From positions 54,188,001-54,252,000 of the forward strand of contig OX597827.1 in assembly GCA_951406725.2 (NCBI GenBank): 64,000 nt of DNA, written 5' to 3'. Source of the stretch: Octopus vulgaris (taxonomy: Eukaryota). Under the pieces are notes generated by a model. The model was not told the DNA's origin. It did no database searches and saw nothing but the letters and a program-made list of their open reading frames with translations. The position numbers and the translations under genes are program-made. The stretch's first letter is position 1. Every line of letters starts with the position of its first letter. Of this stretch, positions 41,200 through 53,242 are shown piece after piece.

Positions 41200-41365
41200 C
41201 AAAGCACTCAGCTCACTCTGCAGAGTGGTTGATGTTAGGAAGGGCATCTAACCATAAAAAAAAAACATTCCAAAACAGACACAGAAGTATGATGCAGGCT
41301 TCTACCTGGCTTACTCTTGTCAAACTGTCAGCATGCAGGGGGGACGTTAAACAATGATGATGATT
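41200..41365 (+). mobile_element. RTE-type tail retroposon fragment
   Basis: GAGTGGTTGATGTTAGGAAGGGCATC...GGACGTTAAACAATGATGATG; an opposite-strand copy lies at about 41690-41820. Confidence 0.7.
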
Positions 41366-42892
41366 ATGATAGAATGTATTTTGAGGATTCTTCATGATTA
41401 AAAATATTAAAAGATACTACTTAAAGCCTTGAGACTCAACCTTGCAACAATTTTGTTAATATCTTCTGAAAATATCAAATAAATTTATGTTAATCATTGA
41501 TGTAGGCTTCTGAATTTTATTATTCCATGTGAAACGGTAGGGGATTTGCAAATGGTGACATTTCTTCGTTCTATCCATTATAACTCAATAAATATTCTGG
41601 GTGGGCGTATGATTATGAGACAGGACTGCATTTCAATATTTTTGGTACTTTAAAAGAAGACAAAGTTTATAAACAGTTTTATATCACCATCATCATCATC
41701 AACATTCATTTTCCATGCAAGCATGGGTTGAACCATTTGACAGTATGCAGCAAGCCACAGTGCTATGCTAGGTCTATGCCCTTTCTCATGCCAACCACTT
41801 TGCTGTGTACTGGGAGCTTTTATTACTTTTTCCTTTAGTTTTCCATACCTGACTATTATAGACACTTTGGTATATGTAGATAATTTCTGTTTATTATTAA
41901 AGAAATAACTTTACAGCTGGGTGATTTTTATAAATAACTATTATGCCCTGAATTAAAGTGTAGAGCCTATTTTTCATGTAGTTTAACTAAAACAATGGAT
42001 TTGATTTTACTCAATGCTCATCATAAGCATATATAGCTGTTGTCCTTCTTGAGCAAATATCATATCAAAATATCTATAGATCTTCAGAAAAGTGCTGTTC
42101 TAATTTATTTTGTATCCAAATAGTTCTCTCATAAAATGAGAGAAATCAATCCTCAAGCCATCTGCTCGTGATACCAGAGGGCGCACACTCTCCAGGGATA
42201 CAGGCATCCAGCAACAGGACCTCCGTAATGCTATGGTGGGCCCTGAAGTCTGGTATAACATAGTAAATTCCATTGTCTCGACCACGGTCAAACAATGATG
42301 ATGATTGCCTAAAGTTATTTCCAGAGCTATCAAAATAAGTCATATATCCAAACAAGATGAAAAATACCTTACAATGGAAAGCAGAAGCATGTGTATTATT
42401 ACAAGGTTGGAACAAAATATTGAAATAAGTTTCATTAAAAACTGCAAAATCAGCTTCACTCATTTCTCTCTTTCGTTTGGGTTTACTTATTCATCTTGTT
42501 GTTGTTTGCTAAAGAGTATATATAAGACAACATTGATTATATGCCCATTTCCATCCAATGGTTATGGCAGCGACTGTTTTAATGGAGTTTATCACTGAAG
42601 CTGTTATCCTTATCAAGTTTCTATTCATGACAACAGAAGCCATTGCAAATCTATTTAATTTTGCATAATCAATAATGCAGAAACTGCAGCTGCTGTTGTT
42701 GTCATTTCTGCTATTACTGTTGTTGATTGAATCATTATTTAAAATAATAAAAAGAAAAGTCAGTTTAACTTTATCTCATTCGATAGATTTAAATTGACTC
42801 TAATACTATTACTTCTACCTCTTGCTCTTTCTCCCTCCTCTCCCCTCCCTCCCTCTTTGTAATATATGTATGTATATATATATAATGTGTAT

Positions 42893-42942
<50 letters not shown>

Positions 42943-43089
42943 GTATTGTAAATATATATATAATATGTATATACACACATATATATAGGCTGGGAAATGA
43001 ATTTGTTCATTTTTTTTTTCCTGTTTTCCCATTTATTTTAATTCTTATTTTTCATCTGCAGTTTTAACAAATCAGTTAATATATTTTCC

Positions 43090-43710
43090 TTCATTGTTCA
43101 TGACTTCTTGCCAGTGTTCCACTAGCATGTCAGTGCTTTGACAATAGAAATCACCAGGTCTTGACTCAAAGAATTCATCAAACTACTTTTTCAGCTGCAT
43201 ATGGTTGCTGAATAAAGCACCTCATAAACTAATGGAAAGCAACTATAAAAGGTAATAATCTGAAGGCACTATGCCAAGAGTATGCATTGAGTGCACAACT
43301 TTCCAAACTAATCTTTAGAGTTGTATTTTTAGTCAAAGTGTGAAGTTGTTGTAGAAGCATGCCATGTCACTCATCAGGTAATATCAGCTGGATTGCCTTG
43401 TTGAGCTGCACATTTAGTGAGCATAAAGCTCTGCATTGGTTATCTATGTTTTCAAGCATTTCGTACTAGACTAGTCTTTTCCAATCTCATCAAATTCAGA
43501 TCCTTTTCATGCACAGATGCATGGCTCGAGGTGTTGCTCCCTTGTTGGGACTCATTTTCTCTTCTGCTTTATATTGATATAAAGGGACCATTTTTCATCA
43601 CCAGTGACAATGCAGAACAGAAATCTGTTTGTGTTGACATATAACCCTCATGTTCAACAAGCAAATTGGTGGTGATAGAGAAGTGCTGCAATTTGTCTCT
43701 TTTGTTCAGA
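43090..43710 (-). pseudogene. mariner transposase remnant
   Basis: Minus translation IVTGDEKWSLYINIK (about 43567-43611) and AYS..VPSDYYL (YSPDLAPSDY-like, about 43245-43290). Confidence 0.75.
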
Positions 43711-43711
43711 G

Positions 43712-44150
43712 TATGCAGATGCAATAAATAACATTACTAGAGGTGCAGGTAAAGGAGTCGGTGATGTGATTTGGATGGTGGTGTTGGAGAGGTATTGGCA
43801 GGTGCAACAGCTTGGGTGGGAGCAGGGAAAGGAGTCGAGCTGGGAAGCGAGGATAAGGAAGAAACAATGGCGGTCATGCAGGTTATGGGTTCGTTGGAAG
43901 GATGGAAGGGATAGGTTAGGGAAGATGTATGAGGTGGAGGGGTCAGACTGGAGTCACCGGGAGGCTCAGAGAATGGTGCATTGGGGTGGTAGGTGAGGGG
44001 AAATAGGAGACAGGTAAGGGTGGGGTGTGTGCAAGGAGAAAGAGCAGAGGCACAGTCCACAGATCGTGCCCAGGCAAGGGCAGTGTAGATAATAGTGAGG
44101 AGATATCCACATAGTATGTAGCAGTGAGCCATGAGTTGAGAATGAGTCTC
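43712..44150 (-). pseudogene. Penelope-like (Neptune-type) remnant: Cys-rich linker plus start of GIY-YIG
   Basis: Minus translation SFPCSHPSCCTCQYLSNTT.. / HITDSFTCTSSNVIYCI. Confidence 0.75.
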
Positions 44151-44559
44151 AAAGTCATAGTCATCACTACGTATACATATATATGAGTATGCATATATAA
44201 ATACACACACATATTTTGTTAAGTGTTGATGATGAATATGATTATAGTAATTATTTATAAAATTTAAGTACGAACAATCAAATAAAATATAATCCCTTTT
44301 TAAATCTTGTTTGTTGATAAATTTGTATATTTTCAATAGATTAGCATAAGACTATGAGAGAAAAGTAAGTGAACTTATTTCTATAATCTATACAATATCT
44401 CACTCTATAACCTACGCAAGTAACTCTTTGTAATCTACTTAGTATCACTCTGTGATTATAATTTCTAGTCTGTGGGCTTTTACATTCTATAGTCTATGCA
44501 GTATCTCACTGTATAGTCTGCTTAATATTGTATTCTTTAGTTACACTCAATATATATAC

Positions 44560-45612
44560 TACATTGAAAAATGTGGGTACATGCATGTTAATTTTCTTAA
44601 GTTATTACACCTGGAAAAGTACAGAACAAGATTTCTACAGTAGAATTTGCCGAATTCATCCCCTCTAAAGGAAACTAATAAGTACCTAGAATGAAAATTC
44701 TACTGAACTTAAAATATTGCAGCTGAGAATAACATTTTAAAAATTTACTATATTTTATTAAAACAAAAATTTTAAAACATTCCTGGATTTTTCCAAAAAT
44801 AAGCCCATCCAATTTTAAGCATATAGGCTTATATTCAAAATTTTTTTCATGTATAACCCTAGTAATTTTTATTATTTCAGAAAAAAATTATCCAAGTGTG
44901 TATTTAAGCCTGTGAGCTTATTTTGGGAAAAAGCAGTATTCTAAAAGTGAAATAAAATAAAATTAATTTTAAAAAAAATATAGTAAAATTTGCCTAATTA
45001 GCCATCCCTAAGAGAAAATTGAAAGTGAATTAGGTAAACTAACAAATTAGCCAGACAAATTTATTTGTCAGATTGAATTTTTTTTTTTGTGTGTGGAAGA
45101 ATTGACTGAGCATATAGTTGATTTGAAATCATTTAATGTCCATTCTATTGCAATCGATGTTTTTTTTTCTTTTTTGTAATGGGATTTCAATTCAAGTGAA
45201 AAAAATCTTGTGCAATATTATTTACAACTTCATATTTTATTGTTTATACTTGATACAACTAAATAAAATGACTTTTGTATATTTCAGAAGACATGATTTA
45301 AAAGATTTTTTGTTTAACTTTACTTTTGATTACTTTTGTACCATGTTTTTAAAAATTTACTTGTTTTTTAGATTCTCATAATAAATAAAATAAATTATCT
45401 CAAATTTACCTAATTTAATGTATTTTGATTTTAAAAATGTTATTCTCAGCTGCAGTATTTTAAGTACTGTAGAATTTTAATTTTAAGTATTCTTTAGTTT
45501 CTTTTAGAAGTGACAAATTAGGCAAATTCTACTGTAGAAATCTTGTTCTTTACTTTTCCAGGTGTAATAACTTAAGAATATTAATATGCATGCGCCCGCA
45601 TTTTTCATTGTA
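44560..45612. mobile_element. Non-autonomous DNA transposon with ~185-bp TIRs (CACTA/CMC-like termini)
   Basis: 44560-44745 is the reverse complement of about 45428-45612; ends TA-CATTGAAAAA ... TTTTTCATTG-TA. Confidence 0.8.
44783..44936. mobile_element. Small nested MITE (pogo-like TIRs)
   Basis: CTGGATTTTTCCAAAAATAAGCC ... GAGCTTATTTTGGGAAAAAGCAG-TA. Confidence 0.5.
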
Positions 45613-46502
45613 ATCCACTTTTGTTCCAGGCAATAGAATAAAACTTATAAATATTCTTTTGTTAGAAAATATTTGAATTAAATGAAATGAAACCTGCCTG
45701 TATATTTATTTCATTTAAAATTAATGATTTTTTAAAAATAATGAGAAATGTAATTATAATTGTAAAAAATATTAGATCGTATATCTTCACTGTATATAAC
45801 ATTTTTATATTGAAACAAAGTGCATGATACAAACGCACCAAAAAAGAAAGTGTGAAAATTCAATATGAAAAATAATTTTCTATGTAATAGGGAATATTAA
45901 TACTATAATAGTAGAATATTAATTGTATATTATATAAATAGTAATAGTGAATATTAATGATCGTAGGAATAGTAAAGTCGTGGCTAATATAAAATTTTTA
46001 AAAATGCAAAAATAGTCAATGCATCCTCTGTAAGGCAGAAGGAGCCACCTGCTCTTGTTAAAGCAAAGTTAGTTTGTTAGTCAAAATTCATGCAAAATAA
46101 AAATAAAGCCTGCAATTCAGCTGCTGTTCTTGTCAACTTGCCTGAAAATAAAAAATCTGAATCCTGCTACTCTGAAAATCCAATCATACTATCTGAAAGC
46201 AAAACCTTGTCAGTTTACCCCAAGAAATAGTCATCTAAATTCATACACCAGTCTACTAAAGTACACATTCTGTAGCCCATACAGTAACAAACTACTCTTT
46301 TAGTTTGCCATTTATTATTCTTTTGAAAGGGTTTTACAGAACAAATTCCCATGAGAATTCTCTCCCTACCCGTCGTTTTTCTCTCCAACAACAAACTTGT
46401 ATGAGTTCAAACATTAATCTCATTCCTTTATCATGAGACAATATTCTTGGAGGGCCTCAACAGGCTTTGGTCTAGTATATATTCTTTTACTTGTTTCTAT
46501 CA

Positions 46503-46729
46503 TTAACCCTTTAGCATTCACATTATTCAGTCAAACGTACAGCTCCTTTATTCACATGTTTTGATTTAATCTTGCATTATCTTGTAGGTTTGAGATTTTG
46601 ATGAGATAACTGTTTATTTCTAAAAGGATATTGTAGGGATGGTGTGAGAGGCCAGATCTGGCTAGTTTTAATATAAAACAAGTAGAATATTTGGGCTGGA
46701 TATGGCCTGTTTAAATACTAAAGGGTTAA
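46503..46729. mobile_element. piggyBac-type MITE family 2 inserted into a minus-strand SINE A tail (about 46480-46860)
   Basis: TTAACCCTTTAG...CTAAAGGGTTAA; flanks TTTTACTTGTTTC..CA and ACTG..CCATGCTGGAGCAC join into the SINE 3' end. Confidence 0.85.
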
Positions 46730-48119
46730 ACTGGGACCATGCTGGAGCACTGCAGAACTTTTTTTTTTAATCTGGTACTTATTTTGTAGATCTCTTCTTG
46801 CTGAACCACTGTGTTATAGGGATGCAGACAAACCAATACTGGTTGTCAAGCAATGAGAGACAAATATAGCAAACATGGGCACATGCACTACACACACATA
46901 TGCTACACACACACATGCTAACACACACAGGCTACACACACACGTGCTTTTGATTCAGTAGTAAAGTTAATAGGTTACTCAAGGGCTTAGATTTTTGTTC
47001 AATTGTCTTATTTTATGGTGAAAAATATGGTCCACTTTATATATAGTTATAATATATACTACATTTTATGCTGAAATTGATAAGCTATTATGTACTGGTA
47101 AGCCCTCATTACCATTATCATCTTCTTCATCCTCTTGAACACAAGACTATGATAATACTCATACATTATGACTTGTTCTGAGCAAATCTTTTTATTAAAG
47201 TTTTTTATTAAATCATTATTTTGCCTGAAGTAGACAGACAGCTTTATATGCTTAGTCAGATTTAATTCAGGCTACTGCTGATTTTTAGCTAAATTGTTTT
47301 GATCATCTATGCCCTCATTTGGCTCACACCTGGAGATGGATGGACGCCCACATTTAAATGCCCAAGAACTGTTGTATGTTATGACGGTACCCCTTCATAA
47401 CAACTGGAATTAAGGGTCCAAAGCAAAGCAAAACTTTAAGATTGTTGGAAAAGAAGAGGAAAATAAAGTTTGTAGCAAGATAGAAAGTTTTACAAAAACC
47501 TTTATATTTCAGGGGCAAAGGCACGTCCTCAGAAGGAAGCAGTCCAAGAAATGTCTGGTTACATTGTTTTCATTATTTTATTTAAATTGCTTGGTGTTTG
47601 GGTTAGCAGCAGCATCTCTCCAACTGTTGGTCGTTGTGACATATTTTCTTTTCCTTGCACACTTTGGTACTACTATACCTCAAGCTAACTACAACACTCT
47701 TATGTAAGATTCTTGTTTTGTTCCAATCTAGTTATTTGGCTGAAACTTTTGAGACACTAGGTGTATCAATATAAGATGCAAAATGATGAGTTTTTATGCA
47801 AATCTGCGTCATTTAACAAGAAAATGATAGCTTTTACAGGGGTTTCTGTTTTAGAAAGCATAATCTTCTCTGTGTTAACATTGATCATTAACCAACCTTC
47901 TGAATCAGACAATAAGAATATATAAATAACACATTTCAAATTCTGTCTCATATTTTCTACTGAATAGTTTACATTCTCTGTTACTTTCCAGTCTATATAA
48001 TTATATATTAGACTTTATTCAATGAACTACAACAATCAACATCATCATACATCATAACAATATTAAATAAACTGATAAATTGTAACCAAAATTGATTCAT
48101 TATTTATAATGCAAAGAAG

Positions 48120-48196
48120 AATAACTGTTTCATTTGTAATTTAAATTCACTTCCTCATCTATTTACCTGTTTCTAGGTAGTGATTTAAAGGTAACT
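48120..48196 (+). promoter_or_regulatory. Weaker AG|GT site with possible 14-nt micro-exon 48177-48190
   Basis: 55-nt AG-free pyrimidine-rich zone, ttcTAG|GTAGTGATTTAAAG|GTAACT. Confidence 0.35.
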
Positions 48197-49737
48197 GTGT
48201 AATTCCTTATCAGCTGCCGACATCAGTAATTAGAAGAACGGCTTGTTTTGGATATTTGTTTTTGACTAAACAAAATATTGTGCTCTGTTTGGTAGATAGA
48301 GGAAATGTATGTTAGTCATCAAGTAGTTGTCTGTATAATATATTTTTTTTTTAATTATAAGCTGCTCTACTGTTACTTTCAATTTTAATGGAAATATTTA
48401 CTTATTAATATAGCTTTATTAGTTTGTGGGTGTCTGTCAGCATCAATTTTACATTGTTTGGTTTATTATTTTCTTTGTTATTAATGGAAAATTAGAAGTA
48501 TACGTGTGTGCGTGTGCAAGTGTATACTAAAATACATATACATACACTTGCATAAAGAACATAAGCATACATACAAAAGACAACAAAATACTTTGATATT
48601 CATTTAACACTAAAGTGTTTCAACATAATTAATCTGCAATTTGTCTTTTGTCTCTGCTTGATTAGTTATTTAATAACTAATAAGCTGAGTTTAAACAATA
48701 ATGGTGATAGTGCTGGTAATGATAATGGAAGTATCTGTGAGAATTGAAAATAATTGTAGTGATAATCATGGTAAATCTGTGAGAAAGTTTCACTGTATCC
48801 CACTGTTACAATTATTGTTAGATTAACTTAAGTTTCAGCTTATTGTCATTGTTGTACTTGTAATCATGTTGGTGGTACTGATACTTGCTGATGGCAGATA
48901 TATATTGGGGCCAATGCAAGACAGATATATAATGACCTTAGATTGCAGATGGGTTTTATTCTGTTTCGACCCGAAATTTTTGCTCAAACCCCTCTTTAAA
49001 TCTCAGTGGCATAGTAATTCTCCATAAACATCTCTTTTGGGTTTTTTTTCATTCTAACTTTAATCCCAGCTTTAAACAGACTAATCCACAAAAATATTTC
49101 TTGAACTGCTATAAATAGCTACCAAATCGCCCTCAAATCAAATCTTGCCATCTTTAAAAAAGAATGATGGAATGCTATGTTGAATTATGTAGTCCTGGTT
49201 ATAGCAGAAATACAGAACAGTTTGTAGTTTTGGTCATAGGGGCAACAACAACAATAGAAAAACATACTCTCTTGGGAATGAAATCAATCAAAAAATGTCA
49301 TACAATGGGAAAACAATCCCAGATTCAAATCCTGAAAACAGCCACCACAAACCAAAGAACTAGAATTCTTTGAAAAGCTCAATAAGAATTATAAAAATTT
49401 AACATCAAAAAGAAGGATTGCCTAAATACTGATTTAAAAATAATAAAATTCTGTGATATCTTTTTCATATTTGCACACAGAACAAGATAAGCAAAGATAT
49501 TTACAATAAACTTTTACATATTAACATAACAAAGTCCTTCAGAACATCCAGCTGCAATGCATACAATGAAATCAATAGAGAGGCGCAACATAGATTTATA
49601 TGCATCATCCCAAAAAAAGAACAGTGTTCATTACACTGAAGGCCAACATATACCCACACATCTAGATAAAAACCAGAATCCATGGAAACTAGTAGTCATA
49701 TACAAATGTTTTTACATACACACGCGCACACACGCAC

Positions 49738-50333
49738 AGGCATGGAAGGACTGGAAGAACAGTGGTAGCAGGGAATTGTAATGCCAGAAGGGAAGCTAAG
49801 AGACAGGTTTACTTAACAATAGAGAGGAAGCAGATAAAAAATTTGCCAATGTTCTGTATTGTGAAGACCAAAGACTTGAAGTTTTTCCTATTGCAAGACA
49901 GCATGTGAGAGAGAATTGTGATGTCATAGGAGAGAAATGATGTCTGCATGGATGATGGCTCATTTGCATTTAATGAGGCTGCAAGGAGAGTTACTTGGAG
50001 ATGCCACTATGAAAGGTTGCTGAATGAACAGAATGAATGGGAGAAAGAGAGTCTGCTGAATATCAACCCAACAGAGGGACCAGCTATCCGAGTTGACACT
50101 ACCTTGGTAGATGAAGCAATTAAGGGTATGAAGACCAGGAAAGCCACCAGCTCATCAGGAATCACTGCAGAGATGCTTAAAATATCTGGCAGTGTTGGCT
50201 ATAGTCTAGTCACCCGTATAGTCAATCAAGTGATACATAAAGGAGTCATACCCAATGACTGGTATAGCTTGCCAGTCCTTAGTCAAACTGTACAACCCAT
50301 GCCAGCATAGAAAGCAAATGTTAAATGATGATG

Positions 50334-50335
<2 letters not shown>
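49738..50335 (+). pseudogene. RTE-clade LINE fragment (pre-RT region) joined directly to the family 3' tail
   Basis: ORF 49948-50310: W..HYERLLN.....MKTRKATSSSGITAEMLK...VIPNDW is the canonical LINE MK.GKA.G.DGI.AEMLK...IP.DW; then CAACCCATGCCAGCAT..(GAT)n. Confidence 0.85.
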
Positions 50336-50364
<29 letters not shown>

Positions 50365-51067
50365 TATATCACTAGCATGCACACATACATGCATATGTAC
50401 ATACATACATACATACATGTATGCATATATGCATTCATGCATGCTAGCAGGTATATATCCATGTATATCCTTTTACTCCTGCACACACATAAACACACAC
50501 ATATACTGTGTTTAATTCAGTTGATTATATCTCTCTGTTATAAATGTGTAGCCTTGTGTGAAAGTATAAAGTCATTATTATCATTTCATTTATTAGCCAT
50601 CGCAACATAGTTTTAATGAAAAAATTATAGAAACAGATTTCGTTTTTCAGGACAGTATATGTAAATAATTTAGTTACAATTAAAATTCCACTACATCTAT
50701 GCAACACTTGCTGTTTAGACACTCTTTAGTTAGACACAAATTTAATTAACTGGCTTGTTAGCAATTATTTTTCTTCATATTGATATAGCAGCTCGACAAG
50801 CTAGCTATTTCACAAACACATGTATGCACATACATACACATTCGAGTGTGTGTGGGTCTGTGTGTAGCTAGCTAGATATAAATTTATCTAAAGAAAGAGA
50901 AAAAGTACTCAATATAGGTAGTAGGATTTATTTATATGTTCAGTCATTCAAAGTTGAAAAGGCCTTCTGTCACAACTCATTGTTTTCTCATTATAGGCTA
51001 TTTATGCTATGATATTGTGCAAGTATTATTACTTGTGTTGCTGCATTTTTTTAAAACTTTATTTATA

Positions 51068-51476
51068 GGCATAGGAGTGGCTGTGTGGTAAGTAGCTTGC
51101 TTACCAACCACATGGTTCTGGGTTCAGTCTCACTGCATGGCACCTTGGGCAAGTGTCTTCTACTATAGCCTCGGCCCGACCAAAGTCTTGTGAGTGGATT
51201 TGGTAGACAGAAACTGAAAGAAGCCTGTCGTATATATGTATATTTATGTATGTGTGTGTATATGTTTGTGTGTCTGTGTTTGTCCCCCCAACATCGCTTG
51301 ACAACCGATGCTGGTGTGTTTATGTCCCCGTAACTTAGCAGTTTGGCAAAAGAGAACGGTAGAATAAGTATTAGGCTTACAAAGAATAAATCCTGGGGTC
51401 GATTTGCTCGACTAAAGGTGGTGCTCCAGCATGGCCACAGTCCAATGACTGAAACAAGTAAAAGAGTAAAAGAGTA
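51068..51476 (+). mobile_element. Full-length tRNA-derived SINE family A
   Basis: Same head, body and tail as 32797-33205. Confidence 0.9.
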
Positions 51477-51784
51477 TGTTTGATTTTAGTGATCAGTGTA
51501 TGTAACATTACTTGCTTAATCACTGTTCTATATGTACATGTATATAAATGTTTCTCTGTGTCTATTGACATATATGTTTATATATGTACTTTTTACACAC
51601 TTTACAGAGTGTACTGGGTGTTTTTTTTTTTTTGTGACCCTGACACTAGTGAAATCGCTAAGTAAATCACAATACAAGACCCTTTGACAGAATGGGGCTG
51701 TGTATCATGGAAGCTGGCTTTGTGCTAGGTGTTGAGTGACTAAAGTATGATAGAGGAACAAGTGCTGGTTTCATGCTGTAGTTT

Positions 51785-52150
51785 AATTTGGCTATCCTCC
51801 CCAACGCTTCAACAATTTCGCATGAGAACGCCATCCATCACAGTGCCTGATGCATGGTCTTAAATCATCAACATTTGTCATTCCACTGTCCTGAAGCAAG
51901 TTGTCCACATAGGTTAGATGCTTTCTTCCTCTGTTGATTCTTCCTTCAGTTGACTGCTATAAAACCAAATGACACACACACACACAGGTTCTTCTAGGTT
52001 CTGATGCAATGACCAACAATTCTCATTCTTCTCTGCTGAATTTTCTCAGTCACTTTGGGTAGATCTCGATAAAGCTGCTTGTTGTTTAAATGAGTTCTCC
52101 ATGCTGTAGAGGAGACAAAAAGAACATCTGAACTACAAAATAGCAGGTTG
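51785..52150 (-). pseudogene. Second RTE-like LINE C-terminal remnant
   Basis: Minus translation GHCIR...TEGRINRGRKHLTYVDNLLQDSGMTNVDDLR....DGWR. Confidence 0.65.
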
Positions 52151-53084
52151 AAGCATTACAGGAACTTTAAATCAAATATTTTACCATTTATTGATATACA
52201 TCTCTAACTATATTATATTTTCTAAGCAGGCTTTACCTCAGCATTCATATCTATTCATGCAATTTCACTTACCATTCATTCTTTACCTATTTCCTATATC
52301 AAATTCTTAACCTTCTCTGTTGGTAAGTGATATTTCTGTTAAAATAAAATTAATCTTTGTCCAAGAACAAGACCAGTTTTCTTATATACAAAGCCTCTAT
52401 AGAGCTTCAGCATATCACCACAAGTATTTACCACATTTATTCATACATAATACTTATGAGTGTACTATGCCTGCTTGTAATAATGGACAATGAACTCTTG
52501 GAAAAAAAAATTTCATGTGCAATTCCCTCTAAGTTATGCATGTGTGCATTTGCACACATCTTTTGCAACCAGTGCTGAGAGGAAATTAATATGTACCCAC
52601 ATCAGTTACCTAAATTAAAGTAGTAATTTGAAAATTATACATTTATATTCTGTGCACATTCACATACTTTCATCACATAAAAATAATTCCACAGCATAAG
52701 ATTTCTGCACACACACACACACTAATTAGTAAAAGACATGAGAAAACTTTTTATTTAATATTACAATGTATAGAGAATGGAGTGTTTAGCCACATTTATT
52801 ATTGTTGTATAAAATTTACTGAAAATGTTCACGTATCTGAAATGAAACAAAAGCAATTCTGAAATGATGGTTGAACTTTACCAGCTAAAACCATAAAAAT
52901 GTATATGCTGTAAAGTTCAAAATTGTACATAAGTAAATACTGTGTTTTTTTATCAACTGTGAAGAATATAGGAAGTTACATTAAGATTTGAGCTTGTAAA
53001 ATTCTAACCCTCACCTCACACCTAACAATTTATTATTTCTGGTTTAATGAATAAGAAAAAAATCTTTTACTTCATTGGATAAGG

Positions 53085-53242
53085 ATCATCATCGTTTAAC
53101 ATCCACTTTCCATGCTAGCATGGGTTGGACGATTTTGACTGAGGGCTGGCGAACCAGATGGCTGCACAAGGCTCCAATCTTGATCTAGCAGAGTTTCTAC
53201 AGCTGGATGCCCTTCCTAACGCCAACCACTCCGAGAGTGTAG
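53085..53242 (-). mobile_element. Young RTE-type tail retroposon fragment
   Basis: CATCATCGTTTAACATCCACTTTCCATGCTAGCATGGGTTGGACG...GGATGCCCTTCCTAACGCCAACCACTCCGAGAGTGTAG. Confidence 0.8.

Noticed and set aside
43737-44336. Longest ORF in the track (199 aa, Pro/Ser-rich)
   Set aside because: An off-frame reading of a C-rich Penelope remnant plus AT-rich flank.
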